IMG/VR virus record: IMGVR_UViG_3300020464_000002
Span: 1,326 to 65,325 of that record
DNA from: a virus
DNA length: 64,000 nucleotides
Reading direction: 5' to 3' (one strand)
The stretch's first letter is position 1, and the number at the start of each line of letters is the position of its first letter. A model generated the notes under the pieces. That model ran no database searches and was not told the DNA's origin. It saw only the letters and a program-made list of their open reading frames with translations. A program made the translations under genes and the position numbers. Shown one piece after another: positions 35,181 through 44,274 of the stretch.

Positions 35181-36190
35181 TGAGATATCACGGCCGCATT
35201 AACTATGTTAAGTGCTACGAATGGGGTCTAAGCATGGCTCAAGGGGCGTTGTTTGATCTCTTGAATGAGTCAAGCTCATGGGCGAAAACACACATTATCG
35301 GTGACGAGGTTTACTACTGGGTGTCGCGTAACAAGGTGATAGATGAATTACCGGTAGCTTATACCAAGTCGGACACTGTTTACAGACACTTAAAGCTACT
35401 GGCTAAAAAGGGCTTGATCTTTTATCGCAAAGAGGGTGTTAAAGATTTGGTGATGTTAACCGAAAAGGGCAAGACGTGGAACGCTAAAATCAACTCGGAT
35501 TCAAATCCGAATAGCAACAAAACCTCGGATTCAGATCCGAATAGCTCGGATTCAAATCCGAATAAACTCGGAAATAAATCCGAAAATACAGGCAAAAACT
35601 CGGATTCAGATCCGACAGATAAGGATACCAGTCTTAATAAGAATACCAATGATAAGAATACTAATGATAAGGGTGCTGATAAACCTACAAAGAGTAGAAA
35701 GAAAAAGTTAACTGAATATCCTGATGACTTTAAACCTACCGACAAGCAAATAGAAAAAATGAATAAGTATGGGATCGACATACCTTTATTTTTAGAAACA
35801 TTTAAAAGCGGAACAAAGGCTAAGGATATTCAGTATAAGTGCTGGACTAGCGCACTTACTACTTGGATAAACAACGAGATCAAATTTAATAAGCTCGTTC
35901 CAGTATCGGAAAAGCGATTTAGCATTGACGATGAGGATTGGAGTAATCCAAACGCGCCAGCTAGATACCAGCAGCCTGATACATACCATCCTAGCCACCA
36001 ATTAGATAAGCCGATGATTGATACTAGGCCAAACCCGCTAGTTGCAGATGACTGGCACTGGAAAGAGCCACTGCCAAACATGAGCGTTCCTGAGACTTAC
36101 AAGTATCTCAAGGCCAATCGCAAGGCTGGCGAGACTGAGAAAAAGGCTTATGACCGTTTATACGCTGAAATGCAAGGTGGGGCATCATGA
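35180..36190 (+). CDS. replication initiator-like protein carrying internal ori iterons
   Basis: Winged-helix-like N-terminus. Five palindromic iterons plus an AT-rich tract lie inside the gene, as with lambda O. Confidence 0.55.
   Translation: MRYHGRINYVKCYEWGLSMAQGALFDLLNESSSWAKTHIIGDEVYYWVSRNKVIDELPVAYTKSDTVYRHLKLLAKKGLIFYRKEGVKDLVMLTEKGKTWNAKINSDSNPNSNKTSDSDPNSSDSNPNKLGNKSENTGKNSDSDPTDKDTSLNKNTNDKNTNDKGADKPTKSRKKKLTEYPDDFKPTDKQIEKMNKYGIDIPLFLETFKSGTKAKDIQYKCWTSALTTWINNEIKFNKLVPVSEKRFSIDDEDWSNPNAPARYQQPDTYHPSHQLDKPMIDTRPNPLVADDWHWKEPLPNMSVPETYKYLKANRKAGETEKKAYDRLYAEMQGGAS
35495..35680. repeat. origin of replication candidate: five TCGGATTCA(A/G)ATCCGA iterons + AT-rich tract
   Basis: Iterons at 35495-35510, 35525-35540, 35546-35561, 35568-35583 (variant) and 35600-35615, followed by AATAAGAATACCAATGATAAGAATACTAATGATAAG. 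Confidence 0.65.
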
Positions 36191-36435
36191 ACACAGTAGT
36201 AAAAATAACCGCTTACGACCCGCTAGATATGGGGGATGATGATGTTGATGGTCTTGATGCAGGTTGGCACGCGGTAAGCGCTAATCATGGTGATATGCAA
36301 ATACTGTGTAGCGGCTTTTTTTTCGGTGATGGTGCAAGCGGTATCGAGTATCAGCTAAAAGAGCGCAAGCGCGGCGGTATCACATGCTGTGAGTGCTTGC
36401 GGTTAATCAAGGCATACAAGGCGGTGAAGCTATGA
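36187..36435 (+). CDS. hypothetical protein
   Basis: ATGA overlaps with both neighbours. Confidence 0.5.
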   Translation: MNTVVKITAYDPLDMGDDDVDGLDAGWHAVSANHGDMQILCSGFFFGDGASGIEYQLKERKRGGITCCECLRLIKAYKAVKL

Positions 36436-37298
36436 GTATCAAACCACTAATGAGGTATCACGGAGCCAAGTGGCGCTTAGCCCCTTGGATTATCAGCCAC
36501 TTTCCACAGCATCATTGTTATGTCGAGCCTTTTGGTGGTAGTGCGGCGGTACTCATCAGTAAAGAGCCATCGATACGTGAAGTCTATAACGATAAAAACG
36601 ATGAGATTGTGAACCTGTTTAACGTGATTCGATGCAACAACATGCGTCCTGAGCTACTTAGACTGCTACATATGACGCCATATAGCCGTACTGAGTTTGA
36701 ATTTTCAAAAGAGCATAGCGATGCACATCGTGATTCGCGTGGAAACATCATACCGGGCGACTCTGCGGTAATAGAAGCCCTTAAACTACTGGTACGCGCT
36801 CAGATGGGCTTTGGCAGCGCTGGCGCGACACGTGGTAATACTGGCTTTAGATTAGATACAGCACGTGGCGGAACCTCTTTACAGTCGCTTTGGTCAGAAT
36901 TGCCGGAAAGGGTTTTAGAAGTCACTGAGCGCTTGCGTAACGTCATCATTGAAAATACCGATGCTTATAACGTTATCAAGCAGCACGACCGCAGCGACAC
37001 ACTCTTTTATCTTGATCCTCCGTACACATTGGACACGCGCACTAATACAGACAGCTACGGCAAGTTTGAAATGCGCGAGTTTGAGCATGAGCGCTTACTC
37101 GATCTGACTCTAAAATCAAAAGGCATGTTTGTGATTAGTGGTTATGACAATGAGCTTTACAACGACATGCTGAACGGTTGGACTAAATCATCAAGACAGA
37201 CAGCTATCAGTAGTCGCAATGGTAGTGGTAAGCGCACTGAGGTACTTTGGATATCGCCTAATTGTGAGCAGCAGCAACCTGACATTTTTGATTTCTAG
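36432..37298 (+). CDS. dam: DNA adenine methyltransferase, Dam/D12 class
   Basis: MRYHGAKWRLAPWI..EPFGGSAAV..FYLDPPY motifs. The ATG at 36432 overlaps the upstream TGA. Confidence 0.85.
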   Translation: MSIKPLMRYHGAKWRLAPWIISHFPQHHCYVEPFGGSAAVLISKEPSIREVYNDKNDEIVNLFNVIRCNNMRPELLRLLHMTPYSRTEFEFSKEHSDAHRDSRGNIIPGDSAVIEALKLLVRAQMGFGSAGATRGNTGFRLDTARGGTSLQSLWSELPERVLEVTERLRNVIIENTDAYNVIKQHDRSDTLFYLDPPYTLDTRTNTDSYGKFEMREFEHERLLDLTLKSKGMFVISGYDNELYNDMLNGWTKSSRQTAISSRNGSGKRTEVLWISPNCEQQQPDIFDF

Positions 37299-37309
37299 GA
37301 GGTAAGCGC

Positions 37310-37714
37310 GTGAGTAATCCTAAGCATAAAGTTATTAAGGCGCTTGATCAGCCAAAAATTGAGGTCGATCGCGGCGCGCATAAGTTGGATAAGTGGCTAG
37401 ACAGACAGCGCGGGATCATCGAGCAAGCGGGCGTCGATCATAAGGCGGCCAACCCCGACAGATATTTTGTCGCATTTGTCAGGCTCGATATGCCGAGATC
37501 AACCGCACCTGAGCGCGTATGGCCTAGATCCATCAATGAGACTTTTTTATTTGAGCAGCCTGATATGCCGTCACTAGACGATGTTGTTGCTACAGCTAAA
37601 AAAGCATGGGGTATTGCGGACAGGGTTGAAGTGTTGAATTTTTATGAAATGAATGAGGTGGATTACATGGCGTTTCTTGGTGACGAGTCGGGCTGGACGG
37701 TGATACACGAATGA
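37310..37714 (+). CDS. hypothetical protein
   Basis: GTG start after an AGGAGG SD. Confidence 0.6.
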   Translation: MSNPKHKVIKALDQPKIEVDRGAHKLDKWLDRQRGIIEQAGVDHKAANPDRYFVAFVRLDMPRSTAPERVWPRSINETFLFEQPDMPSLDDVVATAKKAWGIADRVEVLNFYEMNEVDYMAFLGDESGWTVIHE

Positions 37715-38019
37715 AAAAAGATCCAACCGACTATACATCAGGCGAGCGCAAATTTGCTGATTTAGTAGCAGCGCTCAAAGCTGGCAAGCCGAACGCCTAT
37801 ACGTACCGCGTAAATAGTGCAGTCACCGAGGACGGCGATTTTGTAATAGGGCTGACATACCATAGAGAGCGCCGGTATTACTCAGCCAGTGCGATTGAAG
37901 TTGATGGGGTGCGAGATAACAGCAAGTTATGCAGTTGGGATGCAGAGGGCGGCGCGTTAGAAAGCGATTTAAGCGACTTAAATATTAACTCAGTACACGC
38001 ATCGGTCAGGACGGTTTAA
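37711..38019 (+). CDS. hypothetical protein
   Basis: ATGA overlap with the upstream gene. Confidence 0.6.
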   Translation: MKKDPTDYTSGERKFADLVAALKAGKPNAYTYRVNSAVTEDGDFVIGLTYHRERRYYSASAIEVDGVRDNSKLCSWDAEGGALESDLSDLNINSVHASVRTV

Positions 38020-38039
38020 AGGGCAGGAGGGGCGGCCAC

Positions 38040-38522
38040 ATGGCACGCAAAACAGCAAAGAGAAGCAGGATCACATACAAAGACATTGCACACACCAAAG
38101 TTGGTATGGCAAATCTTCATAAAGTGGCCGAATTATGGTCAAAAAAACCTAAGAAAAAAGGCAATAAGTTTGGCGCGATCAAGGTTGTTATTGACGGCAT
38201 TAAGTTTGACAGCGAGGGCGAGGGCGAACGCTACAAGTTCTTAAAATCCAAACTGGCCGCTGGCGTGATTCGAGATCTACGGTTGCAGGTTAAGTATGAG
38301 CTGACACCAAAATATGAGGAAAAGGACGGCACAAAGGTTCGCGCCATGAATTACGTTGCCGATTTTGTTTACTTCAATGTCTTAACCGGCACGGAAGTGG
38401 TCGAGGATTTTAAAGGCCGCCGCACTCAGTCGTATAAAGACAAGCGCAAGCAGATGAAAATAATACATGACATAGAGATCTATGAGACAACCCGAAAAAC
38501 ATTAAAGGATGGGATTTTATGA
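38040..38522 (+). CDS. DUF1064-family endonuclease-like protein
   Basis: GAIKVVIDGIKFDSEGEGERYKFLK..YVADFVY matches the conserved DUF1064 core. The position is Nin-region-like. Confidence 0.65.
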   Translation: MARKTAKRSRITYKDIAHTKVGMANLHKVAELWSKKPKKKGNKFGAIKVVIDGIKFDSEGEGERYKFLKSKLAAGVIRDLRLQVKYELTPKYEEKDGTKVRAMNYVADFVYFNVLTGTEVVEDFKGRRTQSYKDKRKQMKIIHDIEIYETTRKTLKDGIL

Positions 38523-38761
38523 CCGAGCTTATAGCAAGTTTTGGAAACCAGCAACCAACAAAGAGGCAGCAAGCCATGAGTAAAGAAGCCAAGTATTTAG
38601 AAGATGATAGCCCAATCGGTAACGTTGTTAACAGCCGCGTCATGTGGTTAAGAAGTCAGTATAACCAAGGCGTGAGAAACAACCAAACACGCGCCGCCAA
38701 CACGCTATATGGCCGCGTTCGCCGTGACAAACTTGCTAGCAAAAAGCGAGGTGAGGTATGA
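38519..38761 (+). CDS. hypothetical protein
   Basis: ATGA overlaps on both sides. Confidence 0.5.
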   Translation: MTELIASFGNQQPTKRQQAMSKEAKYLEDDSPIGNVVNSRVMWLRSQYNQGVRNNQTRAANTLYGRVRRDKLASKKRGEV

Positions 38762-39399
38762 GCTTAGCAGAAGACATGAAAACGCTAGCAAGCGCTGGCG
38801 ATCAGCGCCGTAAATGCGTTGAATGTAGGAACGCCTATCACGTAAGCACGCCTGATGGGATATGGATTGATGGTTGTGGGCGATGCGTTAGTTGCCAGCA
38901 GTCAAAGCCTCACAACAAAAAATCGGTCGATGTTACCAAGTGCATATCAACGAATATGGCTTACGTCCAAAAGGCAACAGGGGAGAGGGTTGTTATTGAG
39001 TCTGTTTCCTTAGACTACGAGGGTATTTACCAAGTGGTTTTTAGAACAGTCGCCTATAGCAGTACAGTCTCAATGAGGTTAACCGATTTCTTCTTGCAAT
39101 ATGAATTAGACATAATTACAGAAAATGATCAGAAGTTAGCCGCGCCGCTGGCAGGTAATGAAAAAACTTATTACTACGTTACTTATTCGTTTTTGGCTGG
39201 CCGTAGAAAAACGCATAAGCGAGGGTTTACGGCAATAAGCATCAAGGGGTTATCGATATTTAATTTATCAGCATTGCAGAAACAAATAAAAAATGAGGAG
39301 CAAAAACAAACAGGGCTAAAAGTGCATAGCGTGTTAATAGAAAACTGGATAAAAATTAATGAAACCAAGTATAACGATTTAATGGGTCATGTTTTATGA
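38758..39399 (+). CDS. hypothetical protein with N-terminal Cys4-type zinc ribbon
   Basis: CVEC-x18-CGRCVSC. Near the end of the early-right operon, where a late regulator might be expected. Confidence 0.5.
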   Translation: MSLAEDMKTLASAGDQRRKCVECRNAYHVSTPDGIWIDGCGRCVSCQQSKPHNKKSVDVTKCISTNMAYVQKATGERVVIESVSLDYEGIYQVVFRTVAYSSTVSMRLTDFFLQYELDIITENDQKLAAPLAGNEKTYYYVTYSFLAGRRKTHKRGFTAISIKGLSIFNLSALQKQIKNEEQKQTGLKVHSVLIENWIKINETKYNDLMGHVL

Positions 39400-39459
39400 G
39401 TATTAAAAAGTCACTCAAAACAACGCGATTAATCAGCGTGTCAGGCTTGGGCTAATACG

Positions 39460-39558
39460 ATGTTTGACCTAATTTTATCAATGGTGGCAGCGCTTGTAAT
39501 GACAGGCGTTTTTCTAAAAGCAAGTGAGTGGTTTTGGCTAAAAGGTAAGAAAAAATGA
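39460..39558 (+). CDS. unlisted 32-aa hydrophobic peptide
   Basis: MFDLILSMVAALVMTGVFLKASEWFWLKGKKK. Its TGA overlaps the ATG of 39555 (ATGA coupling). Confidence 0.35.
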   Translation: MFDLILSMVAALVMTGVFLKASEWFWLKGKKK

Positions 39559-39821
39559 CGTTAAGAAAAGCGACACAGGCAACATTTAAAATCGCCCCGC
39601 CTTGGGTTAAATCAATCGCGGTTAATCGTAACGGTGAGTGCTGGGGTTTTGAAGTAGTAGTGGCCGACCTTGAAAGAAACGATCGCCGTTTTTGGTGTGC
39701 ACTTATGGATAAGAGAGATGTTCTTTTAGGATCAGGTTTTGATACAACCAAGTGGAAGAATAGCGCTATTAATAGTTTAGAGGTGAAAGCAAGAATACGT
39801 CAGCAAAGAAATAATGTGTAA
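39555..39821 (+). CDS. hypothetical protein
   Basis: Last ORF of the early-right operon, followed by the hairpin at 39832-39858. Confidence 0.5.
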   Translation: MTLRKATQATFKIAPPWVKSIAVNRNGECWGFEVVVADLERNDRRFWCALMDKRDVLLGSGFDTTKWKNSAINSLEVKARIRQQRNNV

Positions 39822-39831
39822 GCAATAAAAA

Positions 39832-39858
39832 AGCGCCTATGTTCGAGCATAGGCGCTT
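39832..39858. terminator. hairpin closing the early-right operon (orientation ambiguous)
   Basis: AGCGCCTATG / CATAGGCGCT, a 10-bp stem. The A-run is upstream and only a weak U-tract is downstream on the + strand. Confidence 0.4.
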
Positions 39859-39956
39859 AGATCGTTGCAGGATTTGAACTGAACAACTGGCATAACAATT
39901 ATACAATGTTATTTGCTTTTTGCAACAATGGTTGTGGAGAGTGTTCAGGGGGAATA

Positions 39957-40655
39957 ATGGCTAAACGATCAGGATATACAAAACGTGATATTAAAAACAT
40001 CAATGTTACGGTAGGGCTAAATTTAGCAGCAGCGCGGCGTAATGCTGGCATGTCTCAAACTGATGTGATGAAAGCTGTATGGGGTGTATCTAATAACCGA
40101 AATCGTATTAGTGAGATTGAGAACGGCAAAAAAGACTTAACGCTTATCGATCTTCTTATTTTTCAAGATCTTTACGGTCAATCATTGGATTATATATGCG
40201 GTCTATCGACAGAACCCGAAGTTGATATGCTGGCGGGAACCGTTAACCATGTGGTTAACCAGTCGCACGCATTGATTGAAATGCTGACAGGTAGCATGGC
40301 TGACGTGATCGTCAATCATGTTAAATCGATCAGTAAAAATGATCATGAGGCGTTGCTGGACGCGTCAAAGCGTCTATGTAATATCGTTAGGAATGATCAC
40401 AAAGACGACAGTGCCAGCGTTGAAGCTGTGGTGGCCGCCAGTACCGTAATGCGCGTTGTTAGATCGATAGAGGTCAAGCAAGCAAGGCAAGCACAAGCCA
40501 TTGATACGCAGATGACACAAATCGCCGAGCGTGTTGATCGTGAAGACCGTCACCGCTTGCTAAAAGATCGTGACCGTCACTATCAGTACAGCATACCTTT
40601 ACCCGCGCCAATGATGTTGGACGGCGCAAACGTGGTGGGGGTTAGCTGTGAGTGA
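39957..40655 (+). CDS. XRE-family HTH regulator (233 aa), candidate middle/late regulator
   Basis: LNLAAARRNAGMSQTDVMKAV..ISEIENGKKDLTLIDL HTH. GGGGA SD at the 39957 ATG. First gene after the hairpin. Confidence 0.6.
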   Translation: MAKRSGYTKRDIKNINVTVGLNLAAARRNAGMSQTDVMKAVWGVSNNRNRISEIENGKKDLTLIDLLIFQDLYGQSLDYICGLSTEPEVDMLAGTVNHVVNQSHALIEMLTGSMADVIVNHVKSISKNDHEALLDASKRLCNIVRNDHKDDSASVEAVVAASTVMRVVRSIEVKQARQAQAIDTQMTQIAERVDREDRHRLLKDRDRHYQYSIPLPAPMMLDGANVVGVSCE

Positions 40656-41592
40656 TCAATCCTTAAAAGACGAGATATGGGCGGCGGCTAAGTTAATATG
40701 GGAGAACACACCCAAAATCACCGACCGAGAATTACTGGATCAACTACAAACGACCTACGGAGAAAGTGCACCAAAGTCGAGCGGTTCGGTAAGCAAAAGG
40801 CGAAAAAAGGAAGCATGGACGAAGCAAAGCCTTGTTAAATCGCCTAAAAATAGCCTAAAAATAGAGGGAGAGGACGCAGGAAGCAAGCAACCTAGGAAGC
40901 AGGAAGCGCAAAATAATACTTTGATTCCTTCAAAAAATAATAAAGCACAAAACGGCTATTTAGAGAGGGAAGCGGAAGCAGCAGGAAGCAAGATTGGTGA
41001 AATAACCGACAATGTGGTGATCGATGCCAAAGGTCGCGCCGCCATTATTAATAGGACTAGACGAAGGTTTAGTAATTTAGGTGAATTGTTTGATCAAGCG
41101 CTTGCCATAACGCTAAGTATTCCTGAGCTGGCAGATGAGGTAGAGAGAATAGAGCAAGAGGCGCTGGCAGGTGAATACGGCGCTAACTTTGAAATAGGTG
41201 AGAACGACAAAAAAGAACCGATAGCCGAGGTCGAGGCCGCCGCGCAACGATTGCAACGAGCCATGGTGTTAAGCAAGTCTTTAACCGAGACTACAACCAG
41301 CTTGTCTATGGCGCTTAAAACCATATCAGAAGTTGAAATGCCGTTATGCGGGATCACAGCGGACGACTTCAAACAGTCAGACCAAGACCGCCGTTTGGAT
41401 GCCTTGGCCGCGCTGGGCGATATCAATAAGAAAGAGCGTGAGGCACGCGAACAGTTGCAGCCTGAGTTATATGAGCGCTTGAACCGCATTAAGGCGGCAG
41501 AGGCAAGCGCTGATTTTGGCCTTGATGATGAGGGTAATGAGGGAAACCCCGATGATGATATCGATGATATCGATTATACGAGCGTTGACTAG
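40648..41592 (+). CDS. hypothetical protein (HTH-like N-terminus, acidic C-terminus)
   Basis: GTG start overlapping the upstream gene by 8 nt. No catalytic motif. Confidence 0.5.
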   Translation: MSDQSLKDEIWAAAKLIWENTPKITDRELLDQLQTTYGESAPKSSGSVSKRRKKEAWTKQSLVKSPKNSLKIEGEDAGSKQPRKQEAQNNTLIPSKNNKAQNGYLEREAEAAGSKIGEITDNVVIDAKGRAAIINRTRRRFSNLGELFDQALAITLSIPELADEVERIEQEALAGEYGANFEIGENDKKEPIAEVEAAAQRLQRAMVLSKSLTETTTSLSMALKTISEVEMPLCGITADDFKQSDQDRRLDALAALGDINKKEREAREQLQPELYERLNRIKAAEASADFGLDDEGNEGNPDDDIDDIDYTSVD

Positions 41593-41617
41593 GCTGGCAG
41601 GTAATAAGGAGGGGGTT

Positions 41618-41761
41618 ATGGGTAAGATCTTAGAGGTAATTGATAAGATTATTGGGGTTGTAATAGAGCAATCCCCGCGCTGGCTGGCCATTGTTTTTTA
41701 TATGATGGTTTTATCGATGCTTATAACTTGGGTAGGGTCGATGTTTAGTTACTACTACTGA
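41618..41761 (+). CDS. 47-aa membrane peptide
   Basis: A strong AAGGAGGGGG SD precedes the internal ATG at 41618. MGKILEVIDKIIGVVIEQSPRWLAIVFYMMVLSMLITWVGSMFSYYY. Confidence 0.5.
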   Translation: MGKILEVIDKIIGVVIEQSPRWLAIVFYMMVLSMLITWVGSMFSYYY

Positions 41762-41773
41762 GGGAGCGTGTAA

Positions 41774-41846
41774 GGAACACCAAGGCCGCCGTATCACTTA
41801 GCAATGCCATAATCTAATGACTGAATTATCAAATAAGGCATAGATC
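41774..41846 (+). promoter_or_regulatory. late promoter-leader module 5
   Basis: GGAACACC at 41774; TGcCATAAT with hexamer at 41808-41813 (offset 34); ATG 41847. Confidence 0.5.
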
Positions 41847-44210
41847 ATGACATACCTAAACTATGATGCTGGCGGCTTCATCGTTGGCGTTAATAAAATG
41901 AATGATGGTATCGACCGTGTGCACAATGACACGCAAGAGATCATCCAAATACTAAAGAGCCAAAATCAAATTGCTAATACGCGCATGACTGAGCTAACAA
42001 GGGCGGTCAGAAAGGCCACCTATCAAGCCAGTAGTCAGAGCGCCGTTAACAACAACCGAGAACGCGCCGCCAGTGGCCGCACCTCGTCCACAAGTCGCAT
42101 TGCCGGTGAACCCGCCAGCATAACCCGACAAGCACCAAGCGCTAGACAGCGCACGCAATCAAACAGCAACACTCAAAACATTGGTAGTCAGGCACGCGCC
42201 GCAAGACGCAACCAAGGCGGTAGTCAGGCGGATGGTGACGCCGTACCGATCAGCCGTGACAGCACCAATGCCAGCACGCGAACGCGCAGCCCCAACAGTG
42301 ACAGCCCCGCCAGTACGGACGCAGCAGGGCGCGAACGTGACGCAAGAGGTCGCTTTACTGGGGGTAGTAGCTCAGCGTCCGAAAACGAGCGTAGAAAGCT
42401 GGGTTTTGGCTCATTAAGTGGCGGCCGCAGTGATACCAGTGGCATTGACCCATTAGTCGATAGCTTTAGAGAGGCAAAAGATCTTTTATCGCCGATTGGT
42501 GGCATTGGTAAGCTGGCAGGTCGCGGCGTTAAATTTAGCGTGTCAAAGCTAAGGGCTATGAAGCGGCGGGAACCATTGCCAAACGATCAAGATCGACATA
42601 ACAATGAGAACGAGAAGCTACTAGATAAGATCTTAAAGGCCATTATAAAGCAAGGCAGTAACGGCGGCGGTGGCGGCTTGCTGGGCGGCTTACTGGGCGG
42701 CGGTCGCGGTGGCCGTGGCGGTGGCCTCAAAAACCTATTTAAGAAAATGGGCGGCCTAAAGGCGCTAGGCGTAATTGGGGCGCTGGCTGGTACAGCTGGC
42801 CTTGCGATGGACTGGGATAATCTTGATCATCAAGGCAAATCAGAGGGTGTAGGTAGGCTGGCGGGTGCTGGCGCTGGTGCAATCGCTGGCGCGACCGCTG
42901 GATCACTAGTCGTACCAGTGGTCGGTACAGCTATTGGCGCGGTTGTTGGTGGCTGGCTTGGTAGTGAGGGCGGTGAATGGCTTGGCGGTGTGGCCTCACC
43001 ATATATTCAGAGTTGGACGAGCGCGATCACAGCCTATAACTTGCCAGCGAAAATGAGCGACACATGGGATGATGGTATTAAACCGTTTTTTACTCGCATG
43101 GACGCGCTGGCAGGTAAGATGAGCGCTTGGGTTGATCGAAAAATGACCGATATTGGCGATGCTGTCTCATCGACTGGCGCGGGGCTTAGTGAAGCGCTTG
43201 GACTGGCAGATCTTGGCTCGGTGGCAGAGAAGTATGAATCCGGTGGGCGCGGCGTTGGTACGATATCAACGGGCAAAGGTGATCACGGCGGCGTATCGTA
43301 TGGCACACATCAGTTATCATCAAAAACCGGTACGATGGCCGCGTTTTTAAGAAGTCCTGACGGTAAGAAGTTTGCCGACGAGTTTGCGGGCATGTCGGCC
43401 GGATCAGCGGCGTTTAATGCCAAGTATAAAGACGTGGTTAGCAGACGCGGTGACGAGTTTAAGCAAGCGCAAAAAGACTACATTACCCGCACGCACTACA
43501 TGCCGGCTAAAAAGATCGCTGAAGGGTACGGCTTCGACACCTCTAATCGTGGTATTCAGGAAGCTATTTACTCGCACTCTACCCAGTACGGGGCTAACCA
43601 TAAGTCACGGTTTAAGCGGGTGGCAGAGTCAGGCGTTGATATGTCCGACAATGAGGCTGTGTTAAAGGCGTTTTATGAAGACAAGGCGCGTTACGTTGAT
43701 AGCGACTTTAAAAGCAGCTCAGCAAACGTAAGGGCTGGCGTGCGCAAGCGCATCAAGAGTGAGAAAGCGGACGTATTGGCCATTTCTAAGGTATCGGACG
43801 TTAAAGAGGCGGTTGTAAATGCTGTTGCGCCTGAAACCGCGCCAAAGAGTGAGACTGGTAAATATACTGGCGGTATCATGGGGCGTGACGCTAGAGAGCA
43901 AATCAAGTCTGTTGCAAATAAAGGATCATTGGATAAGGTTAGCAGCAACTTTAGCGACAACGTGCCAATGATCTTTAATTCGAGCACGCCAGCTGGCAGG
44001 GATCTTGGTTATGCCCCCGCAAACTTCCCTAGTGCACCTATGCTGAATGTGCCTAATATGCCAAAGGTTAAGCAACGACTGGATAGCGGCGGGGATAGCA
44101 AGCCGATCATGATACAGAGCAGCAATGACAGCATTAACCAAAACGTGTCAGACCGCAGCTTGGCACACGCGATCACTGGTGGGTTAGGCCAACAACGCCA
44201 GTGGGGTTGA
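41847..44210 (+). CDS. tape-measure-like / ejected protein with Gly-zipper membrane segment and possible C-terminal cell-wall hydrolase module
   Basis: 787 aa. S/R/T-rich low-complexity N-terminal third, then GGGGGLLGGLLGGGRGGRGGG and AGAGAGAIAGATAGS segments. GKGDHGGVSYGTHQLSS resembles lysozyme-like modules (unverified). Confidence 0.4.
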   Translation: MTYLNYDAGGFIVGVNKMNDGIDRVHNDTQEIIQILKSQNQIANTRMTELTRAVRKATYQASSQSAVNNNRERAASGRTSSTSRIAGEPASITRQAPSARQRTQSNSNTQNIGSQARAARRNQGGSQADGDAVPISRDSTNASTRTRSPNSDSPASTDAAGRERDARGRFTGGSSSASENERRKLGFGSLSGGRSDTSGIDPLVDSFREAKDLLSPIGGIGKLAGRGVKFSVSKLRAMKRREPLPNDQDRHNNENEKLLDKILKAIIKQGSNGGGGGLLGGLLGGGRGGRGGGLKNLFKKMGGLKALGVIGALAGTAGLAMDWDNLDHQGKSEGVGRLAGAGAGAIAGATAGSLVVPVVGTAIGAVVGGWLGSEGGEWLGGVASPYIQSWTSAITAYNLPAKMSDTWDDGIKPFFTRMDALAGKMSAWVDRKMTDIGDAVSSTGAGLSEALGLADLGSVAEKYESGGRGVGTISTGKGDHGGVSYGTHQLSSKTGTMAAFLRSPDGKKFADEFAGMSAGSAAFNAKYKDVVSRRGDEFKQAQKDYITRTHYMPAKKIAEGYGFDTSNRGIQEAIYSHSTQYGANHKSRFKRVAESGVDMSDNEAVLKAFYEDKARYVDSDFKSSSANVRAGVRKRIKSEKADVLAISKVSDVKEAVVNAVAPETAPKSETGKYTGGIMGRDAREQIKSVANKGSLDKVSSNFSDNVPMIFNSSTPAGRDLGYAPANFPSAPMLNVPNMPKVKQRLDSGGDSKPIMIQSSNDSINQNVSDRSLAHAITGGLGQQRQWG

Positions 44211-44237
44211 TCAGGCGTGACGCGGCGCGGTTGGCAG

Positions 44238-44246
44238 TGCTACAAT
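44238..44246 (+). promoter_or_regulatory. extended -10 sigma70 promoter of moron
   Basis: TGcTACAAT, 29 nt before the ATG at 44275. GAGGGG SD. Confidence 0.5.
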
Positions 44247-44274
44247 CATAAACTTCTTACATGAGGGGTTAATT

